A stretch of 64,000 nt of DNA from an uncultured Methanomicrobiales archaeon (GTDB lineage: Archaea > Halobacteriota > Methanomicrobia > Methanomicrobiales > Methanospirillaceae): the NCBI GenBank assembly GCA_963697895.1, contig OY969100.1:928001-992000 (forward strand). Reading direction: 5' to 3'. Shown here in pieces: positions 31,122-42,304 of this stretch. The stretch's first letter is position 1, and the number at the start of each line of letters is the position of its first letter. The position numbers and the translations under genes are program-made. The notes under the pieces are model-generated. The model was not told the DNA's origin. It made no database searches and saw nothing but the letters and a program-made list of their open reading frames with translations.

Positions 31122-32366
31122 ATGTGGAAGGCAGTCGGGATCGATGCATGGATCGCAGGGAGGAAGTCGAGCCTCGAGGAGGCCCGGGCAACGGTTACCG
31201 GTATCATCGACCGCGTGCAGAGCCGTGGGGATGCAGCCCTCCGGGAGCTCTCCCGGCACGTGGTGCTGACGGATATCGCGGTGAGCGATGAAGAGCGGGA
31301 AGCGGCGTACGAACAGGTGGAACCCGCGATCGTCGAGAGCCTGATCGAGGCGCATGCACGGATCGAGCACTTCCACGAGCGGCAGCGGCCGCGGGATCTC
31401 TGGCTGGAAGAGGTCGAGCCGGGTATCGTCCTCGGCGTGAAGACGACGCCGCTCCACCGGGTCGGGATCTATGTTCCCGGCGGCCGGGCGGCCTACCCTT
31501 CCTCCGCGCTCATGTGTGCGGTCCCTGCCCGGGTCGCCGGTGTCCGCGAGATCTGCGCCTGCTCACCGCCGCCGATAAGCCCGCTGACCCTCGCCGCGCT
31601 GGATATTGCCGGGGTGACAGAGATCTACCAGTCGGGCGGGGCCCAGGCGATCGCCGCGATGGCGATCGGCACCAAGAGTGTTCAACCCGTGCAGAAGATC
31701 GTCGGGCCGGGGAACATCTACGTCACGCTCGCAAAGATGATGCTTCGCGAACGGGTCGAGATCGACTTCCCGGCCGGACCGAGCGAGATCGGAATCATCG
31801 CGGACCACACCGCCGATCCCCGGTTCATCGCGGCCGATATCCTCGCACAGGCAGAACACGACCCGAATGCTGCCTGCATCCTGATCACGACAGATCCCGG
31901 CCTCCCGGATAAGGTCGGGCGCGAGGTGATGGCGATGACAGAGAGGGCGCCACGAAAGGAGATCATCGTACAGGCCCTCAACAATTCGGGATATGCAGTC
32001 GTCCGGAGCATGGACGAGGCGATCGCGGCATCGGATGCCGTCGCACCCGAGCACCTCTCGATCCAGGTCGAAGACCCCCTCTCCGTCGTCGTGCGGGTGC
32101 AGAACGCCGGCGCGATCTTCCTCGGGCCCTACTCGGCCGTCGCATCCGGGGACTATGCCGTGGGGACCAATCACGTCCTCCCGACCGCAGGATATGCACG
32201 GACCTATTCGGGGCTCGATGTTGCACATTTCTGCAAAACGGCATCGGTCGAGCTGGTCACCCGGGACGGGCTCGAGGCGATCGGGGACATCGTCGAGACG
32301 ATCGCGGGGGCCGAGGGCCTGCATGCCCACGCGGAGTCGGTCCGGGTCAGAAGGGAGATGCGGTAA
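31122..32366 (+). CDS. hisD: Histidinol dehydrogenase
   Basis: GIYVPGG, IVGPGN, PAGPSE, AQAEHD, APEHL, GTNHVLPT. Confidence 0.96.
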   Translation: MWKAVGIDAWIAGRKSSLEEARATVTGIIDRVQSRGDAALRELSRHVVLTDIAVSDEEREAAYEQVEPAIVESLIEAHARIEHFHERQRPRDLWLEEVEPGIVLGVKTTPLHRVGIYVPGGRAAYPSSALMCAVPARVAGVREICACSPPPISPLTLAALDIAGVTEIYQSGGAQAIAAMAIGTKSVQPVQKIVGPGNIYVTLAKMMLRERVEIDFPAGPSEIGIIADHTADPRFIAADILAQAEHDPNAACILITTDPGLPDKVGREVMAMTERAPRKEIIVQALNNSGYAVVRSMDEAIAASDAVAPEHLSIQVEDPLSVVVRVQNAGAIFLGPYSAVASGDYAVGTNHVLPTAGYARTYSGLDVAHFCKTASVELVTRDGLEAIGDIVETIAGAEGLHAHAESVRVRREMR

Positions 32367-32420
32367 AATTCGGTCGGGAATTACTGGCTGCATCCCTGGA
32401 TAAGAACGCACGGGCGGCGA

Positions 32421-32618
32421 TTATTTTTCCCCTTTTTCTGCTATTTTCCTGATCTTTTCATTGATATGGGGACTGTTCTCCATATGGTGCCATTCGACAT
32501 TGTTCATCCCCATGAAAAAGCCGCATATCGAGCATTTGAGCCAGACTTCATACTGATCGGGGAATTCTGCGATCAGGCTTGTATTTCCACACCGGGGACA
32601 GGTCAGGGTCTTGGTCAT
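32421..32618 (-). CDS. Small zinc-ribbon protein
   Basis: CPRC-x17-CSIC in 65 aa. Confidence 0.6.
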   Translation of the reverse strand: MTKTLTCPRCGNTSLIAEFPDQYEVWLKCSICGFFMGMNNVEWHHMENSPHINEKIRKIAEKGEK

Positions 32619-32706
32619 GCTGGAGTCTCCGGACGAATGGTTATTCATCCGAAGGCAAAACCCTGCTGGTATTCCTCTATAGGTGTGAAAGGGATGCATA
32701 GTACTC

Positions 32707-33270
32707 TTATTTCCGGTTGATCTCCTCCCGAATCCGATGAAAGGTATCGTAGATCATATCCCGGAACTCAGCGCCGATCTCGTCCCAGGTTTTCCCGCCG
32801 GCAGATGGTGTTCCTGCCTCCCCGGCCGTTCTCTCTGCCTTCCGTTCTTTTTCTGCGAGGCGGGAGAAGATATGGACGTACCCCGCGATGAGGACGATTA
32901 TAAACACCAGGGGATAGAGGATGAACGCGATCAGATCGAGCGGGTACGGGATCGGCGCATAGGGCTGGTAGACGAAGGCGAATATATGAAAGATGAACGA
33001 GAGGAGGAGCACGCTTCCGATCGCACTGAATATCGGTCCGGGAAGGTTCGCCGGGAACGGGAAGGTCCCGAAGATATCGGCGACAATGAATATCAGCGAA
33101 AAAAAGACGATCAAGGCCGCATTGTCATAGAGGAAGTCGATGATTGCAGGGATCGGGGCCGCAAAGGAACCCGAAAAGTACCCGAGAACCCCGAGCAAAA
33201 TCAAAAATATCAGGATCCCCGATAACCCGGACACCAGGATCCAGGTGACGGATCGGTCTTTTTTTGTCAT
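32707..33270 (-). CDS. Four-TM hypothetical membrane protein
   Basis: Four hydrophobic helices; C-terminal KTWDEIGAEFR helix. Confidence 0.7.
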   Translation of the reverse strand: MTKKDRSVTWILVSGLSGILIFLILLGVLGYFSGSFAAPIPAIIDFLYDNAALIVFFSLIFIVADIFGTFPFPANLPGPIFSAIGSVLLLSFIFHIFAFVYQPYAPIPYPLDLIAFILYPLVFIIVLIAGYVHIFSRLAEKERKAERTAGEAGTPSAGGKTWDEIGAEFRDMIYDTFHRIREEINRK

Positions 33271-33565
33271 GGTTTTCATCTTCCGCGATGCGATTCCTTG
33301 CCATTCGTTCTTGGATGGCCCGGCCATCCATCCGGCATGGTATATGATAGGTATATTATCGTTGGAACGGTTTTAATGCAGCGCTCCCTTACCTTCCTGC
33401 GGTCCTTTCCGCTCCGGGGGAACGCCCAACTTCTTTCCCCCCTGGATTCATTGCTGGTTGGGTATGGCTCCGGGGAGACACCCCGGGGAAGACGATTGAA
33501 CCGGTCCCATCCATGCAATTCATGAGAGGCAGAGATCCAGTCCTCGATTACAGGGGATATTTTCC

Positions 33566-35680
33566 ATGTATGCACAGTTCCGTTGTAACCCGTTTTACCT
33601 GCTCCTGCTCTGCGGTCTGATCGCCGCATTCGTGATACCGGCGCATGCCGCGTCCTCCCCCTCGATCGGCGGGGTTTCGATCTTTCCTCCCGACGATATC
33701 TGGAATGTCCCGGTCGATACTCTCCCGGTCGATCCGCACTCGGCCGATTATGTGAAGAATATCGGGACCACCGCGTACCTCCACCCGGACTTTGGTTCCG
33801 GCCTGTGGGAGGGGAGCCCGATGGGAATTCCCTACAATATCGTCCCGGGGACCCAGCAGAAGAAAACCGTCACTTTCGATTACGCCGATGAGAGCGATCC
33901 CGGCCCGTATCCCATACCCGACAACCCGGTGATGGAGGGGGGTTCGGACCGCCACATCCTGATCCTGGACCGCGACAACCACATACTGTATGAATTGTTT
34001 GCTGCCGTTAAACAGCCCGACGGGTCCTGGGATGCCGGATCCGGCGCAATCTTCAATCTTTCGGACTATCGTCTCCGGCCCTCAGGCTGGACCTCGGCGG
34101 ATGCGGCAGGCCTTGCGATCCTTCCCGGCCTGGTCCGGTACGACGAGGTGGCTGCCGGGGAGATCGACCATGCGATCCGGTTCACCGCCCCGTCCACCCG
34201 GCGGGCATATGTCTGGCCGGCCCGCCACTATGCTTCTTCCATCACGAATACGGCCTATCCGCCGATGGGGCAGAAATTCCGGCTGAAATCCTCGTTCGAC
34301 ACCTCTGGATATCCCACCCAGGCACGGGTGATCCTGGAGGCCCTGAAGAAATACGGGATGATCCTTTCCGATAACGGCGCACCCTGGTACATCACGGGTG
34401 CTCCCGATGACCGGTGGGACAACGATGCGCTCCATACGCTCCAGCAACTGAAGGGATCCGACTTCGAGGCGGTGGACAGCTCCTCCCTGATGATCAGCCC
34501 GGATTCGGGACAGGCACGGACAACATACATCCCTGACACCATACCGCCCCGGAGCATCGCGAACCTCGCAAACACGACGTACCAGCCTGGTTCCATCACC
34601 TGGGCCTGGACGGATCCGGCTGACGCGGACTTCGCCCGGGTAATGGTGTACCTCAACGGCGCCTGGAAGGCGGATGTCACGAAGGGGACCCGGTCCTGGA
34701 CAGCCTCCGGGCTCCTGCCGGATACGGCGTACACCATCGGAACCCGGACGGTTGACTCGGGCGGCAACATCAATGCAAGCTGGGTGAATCAGACCGCACG
34801 GACATCGTCTGCCGTCGCCGATAACACACCGCCCCGGAGCGTCGCGAACCTCACAAACACGACGTACCAGCCTGGTTCCATCACCTGGGCCTGGATGGAT
34901 CCGGCTGACGCGGACTTCGCCCGGGTAATGGTGTACTTCAACGGCGCCTGGAAGGCGAATGTCACAAAGGGGACCCGGTCCTGGATGGTATCCGGGCTCC
35001 TGCCGGATACGGCGTACACCATCGGAACCCGGACGGTTGACTCGGGCGGCAACATCAATGCAAGCTGGGTGAATCAGACCGCACGGACCGCCGCCCGCTC
35101 TCCTGCTCCGACCGTATCCTATATCACCCCGCACTCCGGAATACGGGGTACTTCCGTGAACGTGACGGATCTCCACGGGAGCAATTTTGTAACCGGACCG
35201 GCCACGACCAGCGTGAAACTGACGAAGAGCGGCAGGGCCGATATCGTGGCGACCGGTGTCCGGGTGATCTCCTCCGGCCAGATCCAGTGCACCCTCCCGG
35301 TGCCGGCGAATGCAGCGACCGGTTCCTGGAATGTCGTGGTGTCAAACCCAGACGGGCAGTCGGGAACGCTCTCGAACGGCTTTTCAGTGACCAATCCCCC
35401 GCCGGTCATCACATCCATCACGCCCGACTCGGGGAGGCACGGGAGGACCGTTGCGATCAAAAAGATCGCGGGTGCGAATTTCCAGACGGGGGCGACTATC
35501 CAGTTGGTAAAATCCGGACTTCCGAACATATCCGGGCAAAATGTCCGGGTTGTCTCTTCCGGCCAGATCACCGGTACATTCACGGTCCCCTCGAATGCAA
35601 AGACGGGATACCGGGATCTCGTCGTGAGGAACCCGGATGGCGGGACGTGTTCACTCGTGAACGGGTTCCGGGTGACCTGA
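33566..35680 (+). CDS. Secreted protein: uncharacterised N-domain, two FN3-like and two IPT/TIG-like domains
   Basis: Signal peptide; WxDP..F..VMVY FN3-like repeats; P.ITSITP..G...WNVVVSNPDG TIG-like repeats. Confidence 0.8.
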   Translation: MYAQFRCNPFYLLLLCGLIAAFVIPAHAASSPSIGGVSIFPPDDIWNVPVDTLPVDPHSADYVKNIGTTAYLHPDFGSGLWEGSPMGIPYNIVPGTQQKKTVTFDYADESDPGPYPIPDNPVMEGGSDRHILILDRDNHILYELFAAVKQPDGSWDAGSGAIFNLSDYRLRPSGWTSADAAGLAILPGLVRYDEVAAGEIDHAIRFTAPSTRRAYVWPARHYASSITNTAYPPMGQKFRLKSSFDTSGYPTQARVILEALKKYGMILSDNGAPWYITGAPDDRWDNDALHTLQQLKGSDFEAVDSSSLMISPDSGQARTTYIPDTIPPRSIANLANTTYQPGSITWAWTDPADADFARVMVYLNGAWKADVTKGTRSWTASGLLPDTAYTIGTRTVDSGGNINASWVNQTARTSSAVADNTPPRSVANLTNTTYQPGSITWAWMDPADADFARVMVYFNGAWKANVTKGTRSWMVSGLLPDTAYTIGTRTVDSGGNINASWVNQTARTAARSPAPTVSYITPHSGIRGTSVNVTDLHGSNFVTGPATTSVKLTKSGRADIVATGVRVISSGQIQCTLPVPANAATGSWNVVVSNPDGQSGTLSNGFSVTNPPPVITSITPDSGRHGRTVAIKKIAGANFQTGATIQLVKSGLPNISGQNVRVVSSGQITGTFTVPSNAKTGYRDLVVRNPDGGTCSLVNGFRVT
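34544..35088. repeat. Intragenic direct repeat, two copies with a 285-bp period
   Basis: Near-identical blocks starting at 34544 and 34829. Confidence 0.9.
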
Positions 35681-36026
35681 TCCTCCCAAAACCGGGGACC
35701 CCGGTCTTCTGAATGCCCCGTTTTTAGGGGGCAGCCAGGTATCGCCTCTTGTATCTCCACCGGAGCAATGGGTAGAGAATTGCAAGGCTTAACGATCCGC
35801 AGGTAAAAAAACAGGTTCCATTCTTATCTTGCGTGAACAGGCCGGAAGTTCTCCCTTATCGCGAGAGAAAAACGGTTCCTCAGCTATTCGTGAGAGACTT
35901 CTTCCATTGATTACCGGAATGGGAAGCCCGGGCAGAATATGTGCGATTTTTGAAAATTCCATTCCTCACACCGAACTGGTCCCCCGGTGGAGACCAGGGC
36001 TTCGGAATCGCCGGATCCCCCCGGCT

Positions 36027-36837
36027 TCAGCTGAAGGCGACATCGAGGATCATCATCACGAGAAAGCCGATAAGGAACCCCGAGATTGCCGGGCCTTCGT
36101 ACCCGTGCACCTGCGACTCGGGGATCACCTCTTCGATCACGACAAAGATCATCGCCCCGGCGGCGAATGCGAGGGCGTACGGGAGGATCGGGCGTGCGAT
36201 GATCACCGCTGCCGCTCCCGCGACGGCCGCAACCGGCTCGACCACGGCTGAAAGCTGCCCGTACCAGAAGACTGCGGGGCCGGGACATCCCCTCCCGCCG
36301 GAGCGGCATCGAGATCGCAAGTCCTTCCGGAAAGTTCTGGATCCCGATCCCGATCGTGAGGGCGATGGCTCCTGCCAGTTCCGCAGTCGAGATGCCTGCC
36401 GCGACGGCCCCGAAGGCGACCCCGATGGCGAGCCCTTCGGGAATGTTGTGGAGGGTGATCGCGATCACGAGGAGAGTCGTCCGGTTGAGAGAGGATTTCG
36501 GGCCTTTCGCATCGGAAAACCCGATATGCAGGTGAGGGACCACCCGGTGGAGCACCCAGAGGAAGATCCAGCCGGAGGCAAACCCCACGGCGGCCGGGAC
36601 CCAGGGGATCAGGCCCGAATCCCCGGCCAGCGTGATCGAGGGGAGGAGCAGTGACCAGATACTCGCGGCGATCATCACCCCGGCGGCAAACCCCATCATC
36701 CCGTCGAGGAGGCGCTGGTTGACCGTCCGGGTGAGGAATACGACCGATGCCCCGAGAGCGGTGATGCTCCAGGTGAAGACTCCGGCGACCAGTGCCTGTA
36801 AGACCGGGGAGAGACCGGCGAAGGTGTCGATCAGCAT
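36027..36837 (-). CDS. ZIP (ZupT/GufA) metal transporter; +1 frameshift near 36271
   Basis: HNIPEG and QNFPEG, then LAFAAGAMIFVVIEEVIPE in the other frame. Confidence 0.88.
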
Positions 36838-36963
36838 CCGGTTCCTCCCTGCCCTGCCCCGGAAACACGCATCACAGGACGATATCGCTCTCCCATACTT
36901 ATTATGTGTTTCTCTCGCCCGGGGGAAGAACTTATAAATTCCCGGATATGAATCATATCCATC

Positions 36964-37236
36964 ATGCCAACCGATGAAGAATTACACCAGATTGCGCGGA
37001 AGACTGCCGAAGGAAAAGTGGGATTCTACATCCACCTGGGCGTATACATCGCGGTAAACCTGTTCCTCATCGTTATCTGGTACATCACCGGCGCCGGGTT
37101 TCCCTGGTTCCTCTTCATCCTGTTCGGGTGGGGGATAGGTCTGGCGGCCAATTACATGGCGGCATTCCATGGCCATGCCTATGTGGAGGGGCTCGCGGAA
37201 GAAGAGTACCGGAAGCTGAAGGGAAAGGGTTTGTAG
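36964..37236 (+). CDS. 2TM-domain protein
   Basis: GFYIHLGVYIAVN..FPWF..GWGIGL signature. Confidence 0.8.
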   Translation: MPTDEELHQIARKTAEGKVGFYIHLGVYIAVNLFLIVIWYITGAGFPWFLFILFGWGIGLAANYMAAFHGHAYVEGLAEEEYRKLKGKGL

Positions 37237-37375
37237 GAAATCCGCCGCTTTCCGTTTATCGGGGAGATCCAATAAATCTAATCCTTTTAAGGAGGGCGTG
37301 ACCTTCGTGCCGGAGCAAGGAGAGATCTTCCCGAACAAATGTGAAAAGAGTGGTATCAAACCAACAAACCAGATC

Positions 37376-38167
37376 ATGATGCAGCCCAACGCGATCCTCT
37401 GCGGAGATGCACTTACGGTGCTCCGGACTCTTCCTGACGATTCCTTCGCCTGCTGCATCACCAGCCCGCCCTACTGGGACACCCGGTGCAGCGGACTGGG
37501 CGATCAGCTCGGGGAAGAACTCGATTATCAGGATTATATCAGGAACCTCCTGGGGATCTTCCGTGAGGTGCGAAGAAGCCTTGCCCCGGCCGGGACCCTC
37601 TGGCTGGTCATCGGGGATACATATGCAAGCGATGATCGCCGCTGGTGGGAGATGTGCACAACGCTTCCGCCGGGGGAACCCGGTTCCCATCGGGCGCTCC
37701 CGGACGGGTTTAAGGCAAAGGACCTGATGGGAATTCCCTGGCGACTGGCAATGGCGCTGCAGGACGACGGCTGGTATCTCCGGTCCGACATCATCTGGTC
37801 CATTCCGAACCACCCGTCCGAACCGGTCACTGACCGTCCTGCACGAGCCCACGACTATGTATTCCTCTTTGCAAGGTCGGAACAGTATTCATACCATGGA
37901 GACGACGGGGAGACCGCATCCGGGGGAACCGTCTGGGAGATCCCGACCGTTCCCGATCCTCCTATCAATTATGCCGTCCTTCCCGAACCGCTGGTCGAAC
38001 GATGCATGCGGGCCGGGTCCCTGAAGGACGAGGTCGTGCTGGACCCGTTCTTCGGTTCGGGTACCGTGGGCATCGTGGCAAAACGGCTGAAGCGGAGGTA
38101 CGTGGGGATTGAGCTGGACCCGGTCTCCGCCTCCCTGGCGCAGAAGAGGATCCGGGATGGGGTGTAG
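37376..38167 (+). CDS. Orphan beta-class N4-C/N6-A DNA methyltransferase
   Basis: TSPPY near the N-terminus, KDLMGIPWR, DPFFGSGT near the C-terminus. Confidence 0.88.
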   Translation: MMQPNAILCGDALTVLRTLPDDSFACCITSPPYWDTRCSGLGDQLGEELDYQDYIRNLLGIFREVRRSLAPAGTLWLVIGDTYASDDRRWWEMCTTLPPGEPGSHRALPDGFKAKDLMGIPWRLAMALQDDGWYLRSDIIWSIPNHPSEPVTDRPARAHDYVFLFARSEQYSYHGDDGETASGGTVWEIPTVPDPPINYAVLPEPLVERCMRAGSLKDEVVLDPFFGSGTVGIVAKRLKRRYVGIELDPVSASLAQKRIRDGV

Positions 38168-38273
38168 AAACCCGGTATTACGGGATTGGCTCCGAAAACT
38201 CCCGGAACAACCGCCTATACCTGGTTCTGCAGAACCTCGCGCGAAATCTTTCCGGTCCGGCCGTTTGAGATGC

Positions 38274-38993
38274 CTATGACGGCGCTCTTTTCAGCGAGAG
38301 TATGTCTCTTTCAAATCCGATATCCGTCTTTTTGGCATCGGTTTTTATCACGATGCCATTGAGATAGTCGATCGAGGTCAGGGACCTGCGGAAATAGGTA
38401 TGGATGAGGGGAAAGAGGGTGATATCATGGGCGACCACGATCCGGGTCTCCTGTGGGCGAAAATCCTGGTCATCCAGCACCCTTTTCAGGAGTTCGTCGG
38501 AGAATTGTCCCGGATTCCAGAGAACCCCCTCATCGATCTCCCCGGCGAGCCATTGCCCGATGAGTGCGTGCCAGCCGTAATAATCATGCAGTTCGCGGAA
38601 TTTTTCGAGATCGAGGACCGGATCGATAATTTCGGGGGCTTCCCGTATCCGGATATCCGCGGGCATCCCCGGAGATAACCCGTCCCGGATCGCCATCGCG
38701 GTCATCCTGCACCTCGTTGCCGGGGTGTGAAGGAAGTGGATCTTTTTATCTTTCCCGGCACCCCGCAGAGATTCGCCGAAACGACGGGCATTCGTAATAC
38801 CTTCGGGGGTGAGCTCCACCTGCGGCCGGATTTCGTACGGGACGCCCAGGAACGACGGCCTGTTGGCGTGCCGGATCAGGATAAGGGTGCGATCCCTCTC
38901 CGGGATCCTCCTTAGTGCATGAAAAACGGTTTCATCTGTTATTTTATCACCAGACCACGAGGTTTCCTGATATATGTAGTGGATCAAAGACAA
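38274..38993 (-). CDS. Histidine phosphatase family protein
   Basis: LIRHA, RCRMTA, VAHD. Confidence 0.8.
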   Translation of the reverse strand: MSLIHYIYQETSWSGDKITDETVFHALRRIPERDRTLILIRHANRPSFLGVPYEIRPQVELTPEGITNARRFGESLRGAGKDKKIHFLHTPATRCRMTAMAIRDGLSPGMPADIRIREAPEIIDPVLDLEKFRELHDYYGWHALIGQWLAGEIDEGVLWNPGQFSDELLKRVLDDQDFRPQETRIVVAHDITLFPLIHTYFRRSLTSIDYLNGIVIKTDAKKTDIGFERDILSLKRAPS

Positions 38994-39118
38994 TAAATCA
39001 TGGGAAGATGCCCTTTCCGTTTCTCCGATTTCGCAAGGTATGCCGATCGGCCGGCCAATGGAGTTTCGAGCGCCTTCCGGAGCAAAGGATTGAAACGGTT
39101 CCGGATAGAGGAAGGTAC

Positions 39119-39955
39119 ATGCACCGGATTATCGACTGGAACGAGCTCTGGAAGGCGATCCATGTGAGTACCCCCGGGCGGCTCGAGAAAGAGCGCGATC
39201 CTGCCGCAATCTGGGACAGGCGTGCCGCCGCATACCAGCGGGTGACCCGTGACGAGACGAAGGCGACCGGGCAGGAACTTGCATTCCTTGACCTGCGGCC
39301 GGACGACACCGTGCTCGACGTGGGGGCAGGAACAGGACGGCTTGCCGTGCCCATCGCCCATACGACCGCCCATGTAACGGCCCTCGACCCGTCGGAAGGC
39401 ATGCTTTCTCACCTGAAGGAACGCATGGCGTCGGAAGGCCGGACCAACTACTCCTGTGTCCGGATGAGGTGGGAGGATGTCGCAATCGGCAGAGATATCG
39501 AGCCCCACGACATGGTCATCGCGGCGTTCTCTCTCGGGTTCTACGATCTCGCCGCCGCACTGCGAAAACTCGATGCGGCGGCCAGCCGATCGGTATACCT
39601 CTTCTGGCATGCAGGGGAATGGCGGGGCCGGGAGGAGATGGCAATGTACAGTGCGATCTTCGGAGAGGAGGGAGCGTTGAAGAAGGGGTATCCGGATTAC
39701 ATCTATCCCGTCAACATTCTCCACGATGCCGGGATCTATCCGGAGGTCCGGATCTACCGGGCCGTCTGGGAAACGGTCTACGACTCTGTCGACGAGGCTG
39801 TCCGGAACTGGGTGACGATGCACAATCCCGGCCAGGAAGACCTCTCCCCTGTCCGTGAGTACTTCTCCCGGGTGCTCTCCCGGAATGACTCGGGCAGATA
39901 CGTCGATATGACGGTCAGGCCGACCGCAGCGGTCTGGTGGACAAAAGAGGCGTGA
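39119..39955 (+). CDS. Class I SAM-dependent methyltransferase
   Basis: VLDVGAGTGRLA, ALDPS. Confidence 0.85.
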   Translation: MHRIIDWNELWKAIHVSTPGRLEKERDPAAIWDRRAAAYQRVTRDETKATGQELAFLDLRPDDTVLDVGAGTGRLAVPIAHTTAHVTALDPSEGMLSHLKERMASEGRTNYSCVRMRWEDVAIGRDIEPHDMVIAAFSLGFYDLAAALRKLDAAASRSVYLFWHAGEWRGREEMAMYSAIFGEEGALKKGYPDYIYPVNILHDAGIYPEVRIYRAVWETVYDSVDEAVRNWVTMHNPGQEDLSPVREYFSRVLSRNDSGRYVDMTVRPTAAVWWTKEA

Positions 39956-39956
39956 G

Positions 39957-40580
39957 ATGCCCGATCCCGGCGAATCCTCATCTTCTTCACCGGAGGATCC
40001 CGGCCGGAAACGGGTATTCGAACGGTTCGCGGCCGAATATGACCGGTGGTATGACGATCATCCCGACCTGTACCGGGAAGAGCGCCTGATCCTCGCCCCA
40101 CACCTTCCCGGAAAGGGGAAGGGGCTCGAAGTCGGCGTGGGATCCGGCCGGTTTGCCGCACCGGCTGGTATCCTCTACGGGCTCGAGCCTTCCGGTCCCC
40201 TGGCTTACCGGGCGAAGGTCCGCGGGGTCGCGGTGATCCGGGGGTTGGGAGAATGTCTCCCGTTCCGGTCTTCATCGCTCGATTATATCCTGATGATGAC
40301 GGTCATCTGCTACCTCGATGATCCCGTCCGGTCTCTGCAGGAAGCCTTCCGGGTCCTGGTGCCTGACGGGAAGATCATCATCGGGTTTATCGAACGCGAC
40401 GGAGAGATCGCAGAGGAATATTCCCATGAACAAGAGAAGAGGAGATTCCTCACGTACGCCACCTTTTACACCGCGGGGGAGGTCACGAAGTTCCTTCATA
40501 CTGCAGGGTTCACGGAGATCGAAAAAGACCGGCGCCGGACCGGGTTTACCGTGATGGCCGGGTGGAAAAGGGGGAGATGA
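39957..40580 (+). CDS. Class I SAM-dependent methyltransferase
   Basis: YDRWY, LEVGVGSGRFA, LPF. Confidence 0.85.
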   Translation: MPDPGESSSSSPEDPGRKRVFERFAAEYDRWYDDHPDLYREERLILAPHLPGKGKGLEVGVGSGRFAAPAGILYGLEPSGPLAYRAKVRGVAVIRGLGECLPFRSSSLDYILMMTVICYLDDPVRSLQEAFRVLVPDGKIIIGFIERDGEIAEEYSHEQEKRRFLTYATFYTAGEVTKFLHTAGFTEIEKDRRRTGFTVMAGWKRGR

Positions 40581-40619
40581 TCGCGGGTGATAGGATCAGG
40601 ATCCCCCTGGAGGTTTGCC

Positions 40620-41412
40620 TCAATAGTACACGCCCTCGCCGGTGACGAGGGTACCTTCCCCGTCCACCCATCCCTTCGGTACTGTTCTCCAGACCGACCA
40701 ATACCGAATCGGAATACTGGTTGTATATCCAGCCGCCCCGCCAGATCGCGTTTACCCCTTCTATCCGGGCCTGCAGCGAGACGGTCGCCGGGTGATCGGA
40801 TGAATATTGTATGAAGACCGGGACGTTGTGGTGAAATGCCTTCCCCTGATATGGAGAAGGGGTCCCGTTCACCGGGATAAACTCTCCGCCCGGGAAGAAG
40901 AAGGGTTCGTGGCCGAGCGGGTTCGCGGTATCGATCGCCTGCGGGACCGATTCCATGACCGTGCACCAGATCGGGGTAAGAACCGGGGTCTCCGGCGAGT
41001 ACGCGGTCGCCGGTGGCACGGGGGTCAGCTCCGGGGTCTTCCCGATCCCGACCGGGATCGGGTACCCGTGGTACGTCGGCACTATCCGGGCAGCATGGAT
41101 GGAGAGCATGGGTCTTCCCTCCACCATCACGATCGAGAGGGTCCAGTCCTCCGGGACCCCGTATCCCGTCCCGTTCACGAGGGCACCCGCAAGGACCGGG
41201 GTACCATCCAGTTCCGGAGCCGGAACCTGCAGGGTGACGTTCTCGATCGTCGTGTTCACCGAGAGTTCGATCGAGTAGGTGAGGTCATGCCGTTCGGATT
41301 TCGCCGTGGTCTGTTCCCACCAGACGGAAATCCCGGCAAAAAACGAGATACCGATAAGAATGAGAACGATGAGGAGGATTACCCGCCAGTTCGTAAAAGA
41401 TTCCCGTGTCAT
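40620..41412 (-). CDS. Exported hypothetical protein (probable +1 indel near 40672)
   Basis: N-terminal TM helix, beta-rich body; corrected ending GWVDGEGTLVTGEGVYY-stop. Confidence 0.65.
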
Positions 41413-41552
41413 CTGCTCTCCCGATCAGGTTTGATCAGGGTTATTTGGCATGAACCGGGATAGGGTTTCGGGTTTAACCGCTTCTTCGTGGGCGGTCGAG
41501 GCTGAAGTCCAGCCCCGGCCGAAGAGGCCGTATGCGGGACCGTTGCCACTCT

Positions 41553-42056
41553 TCAGCCTTCCTCTTCCTTCCGTCTGATGCGTCCTTCGATCTCCGCGAT
41601 GACCTCCGATAGTGCCGTCTTCATGTTGCCGGCCGCGGTAGATTCCGCTCTCTGAAGACCCGGAAGGGCCGCGGGGCCGATCTCCCGGAGTGCATGGGAG
41701 GCTTCGAGCCCGACTTTCCGCTCCTCATCCCGGAGCGCCTCGATAAGCGCCGGGACCGCCTGCGGGTCCCCGATCTCCCCGAGCGCCTGTGCCACCCCCT
41801 TCCGGACATGCTCGCTCTCGTCCCCGAGTGCCTCCACGAGTGCGCCCACCGCCTCCGTCGCCCGGAGCTTCCCGAGCGCCCGGGCGGCCCGCCACCGGAC
41901 ACTGACCCATTCCCGGTCGTGGAGCGCCCCGATCAGGAGCTGTACCGCCTCCGGCCCTCCCCGCTGTTCGAGGACGAGGACCGCATCGTACCGGAGCCGG
42001 TTATCCGGGTTGGCGAGCTCCTTCCGGATATACGCAAATTCGTCTTCCGCCGCCAT
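41553..42056 (-). CDS. HEAT-repeat (PBS lyase-like) protein
   Basis: Repeated VRxxAAxALGxIG..AVxALIEALxD. Confidence 0.85.
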   Translation of the reverse strand: MAAEDEFAYIRKELANPDNRLRYDAVLVLEQRGGPEAVQLLIGALHDREWVSVRWRAARALGKLRATEAVGALVEALGDESEHVRKGVAQALGEIGDPQAVPALIEALRDEERKVGLEASHALREIGPAALPGLQRAESTAAGNMKTALSEVIAEIEGRIRRKEEEG

Positions 42057-42304
42057 ACATTACCGGGGCCGGATGAACAGAAAGATGTTTGTCCGCGAAA
42101 GATACGGACGCTACCCCCGGGTTTTAATTGAGTATTTCTCGGATAGGAAATTTGGGCTTTTAATACCGTAAAGAGGCTGCACAGGCCGGATATGCGCCTC
42201 CACTGGCAGTTGGAGGAATACTTCCGTCAGCGGTAAGCAGGTTCCGGTTAGCTATTTATCCCATTGAACGGATCAGACTCCATATCTATATCTTGGTGGT
42301 TTGT

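Noticed and set aside
42170-42250. Hairpin CCTCCA-CTGGCAG-TTGGAGG in an intergenic gap, as a possible ncRNA or riboswitch
   Set aside because: A single short stem with no recognisable family motif; covariance analysis would be needed to support it.
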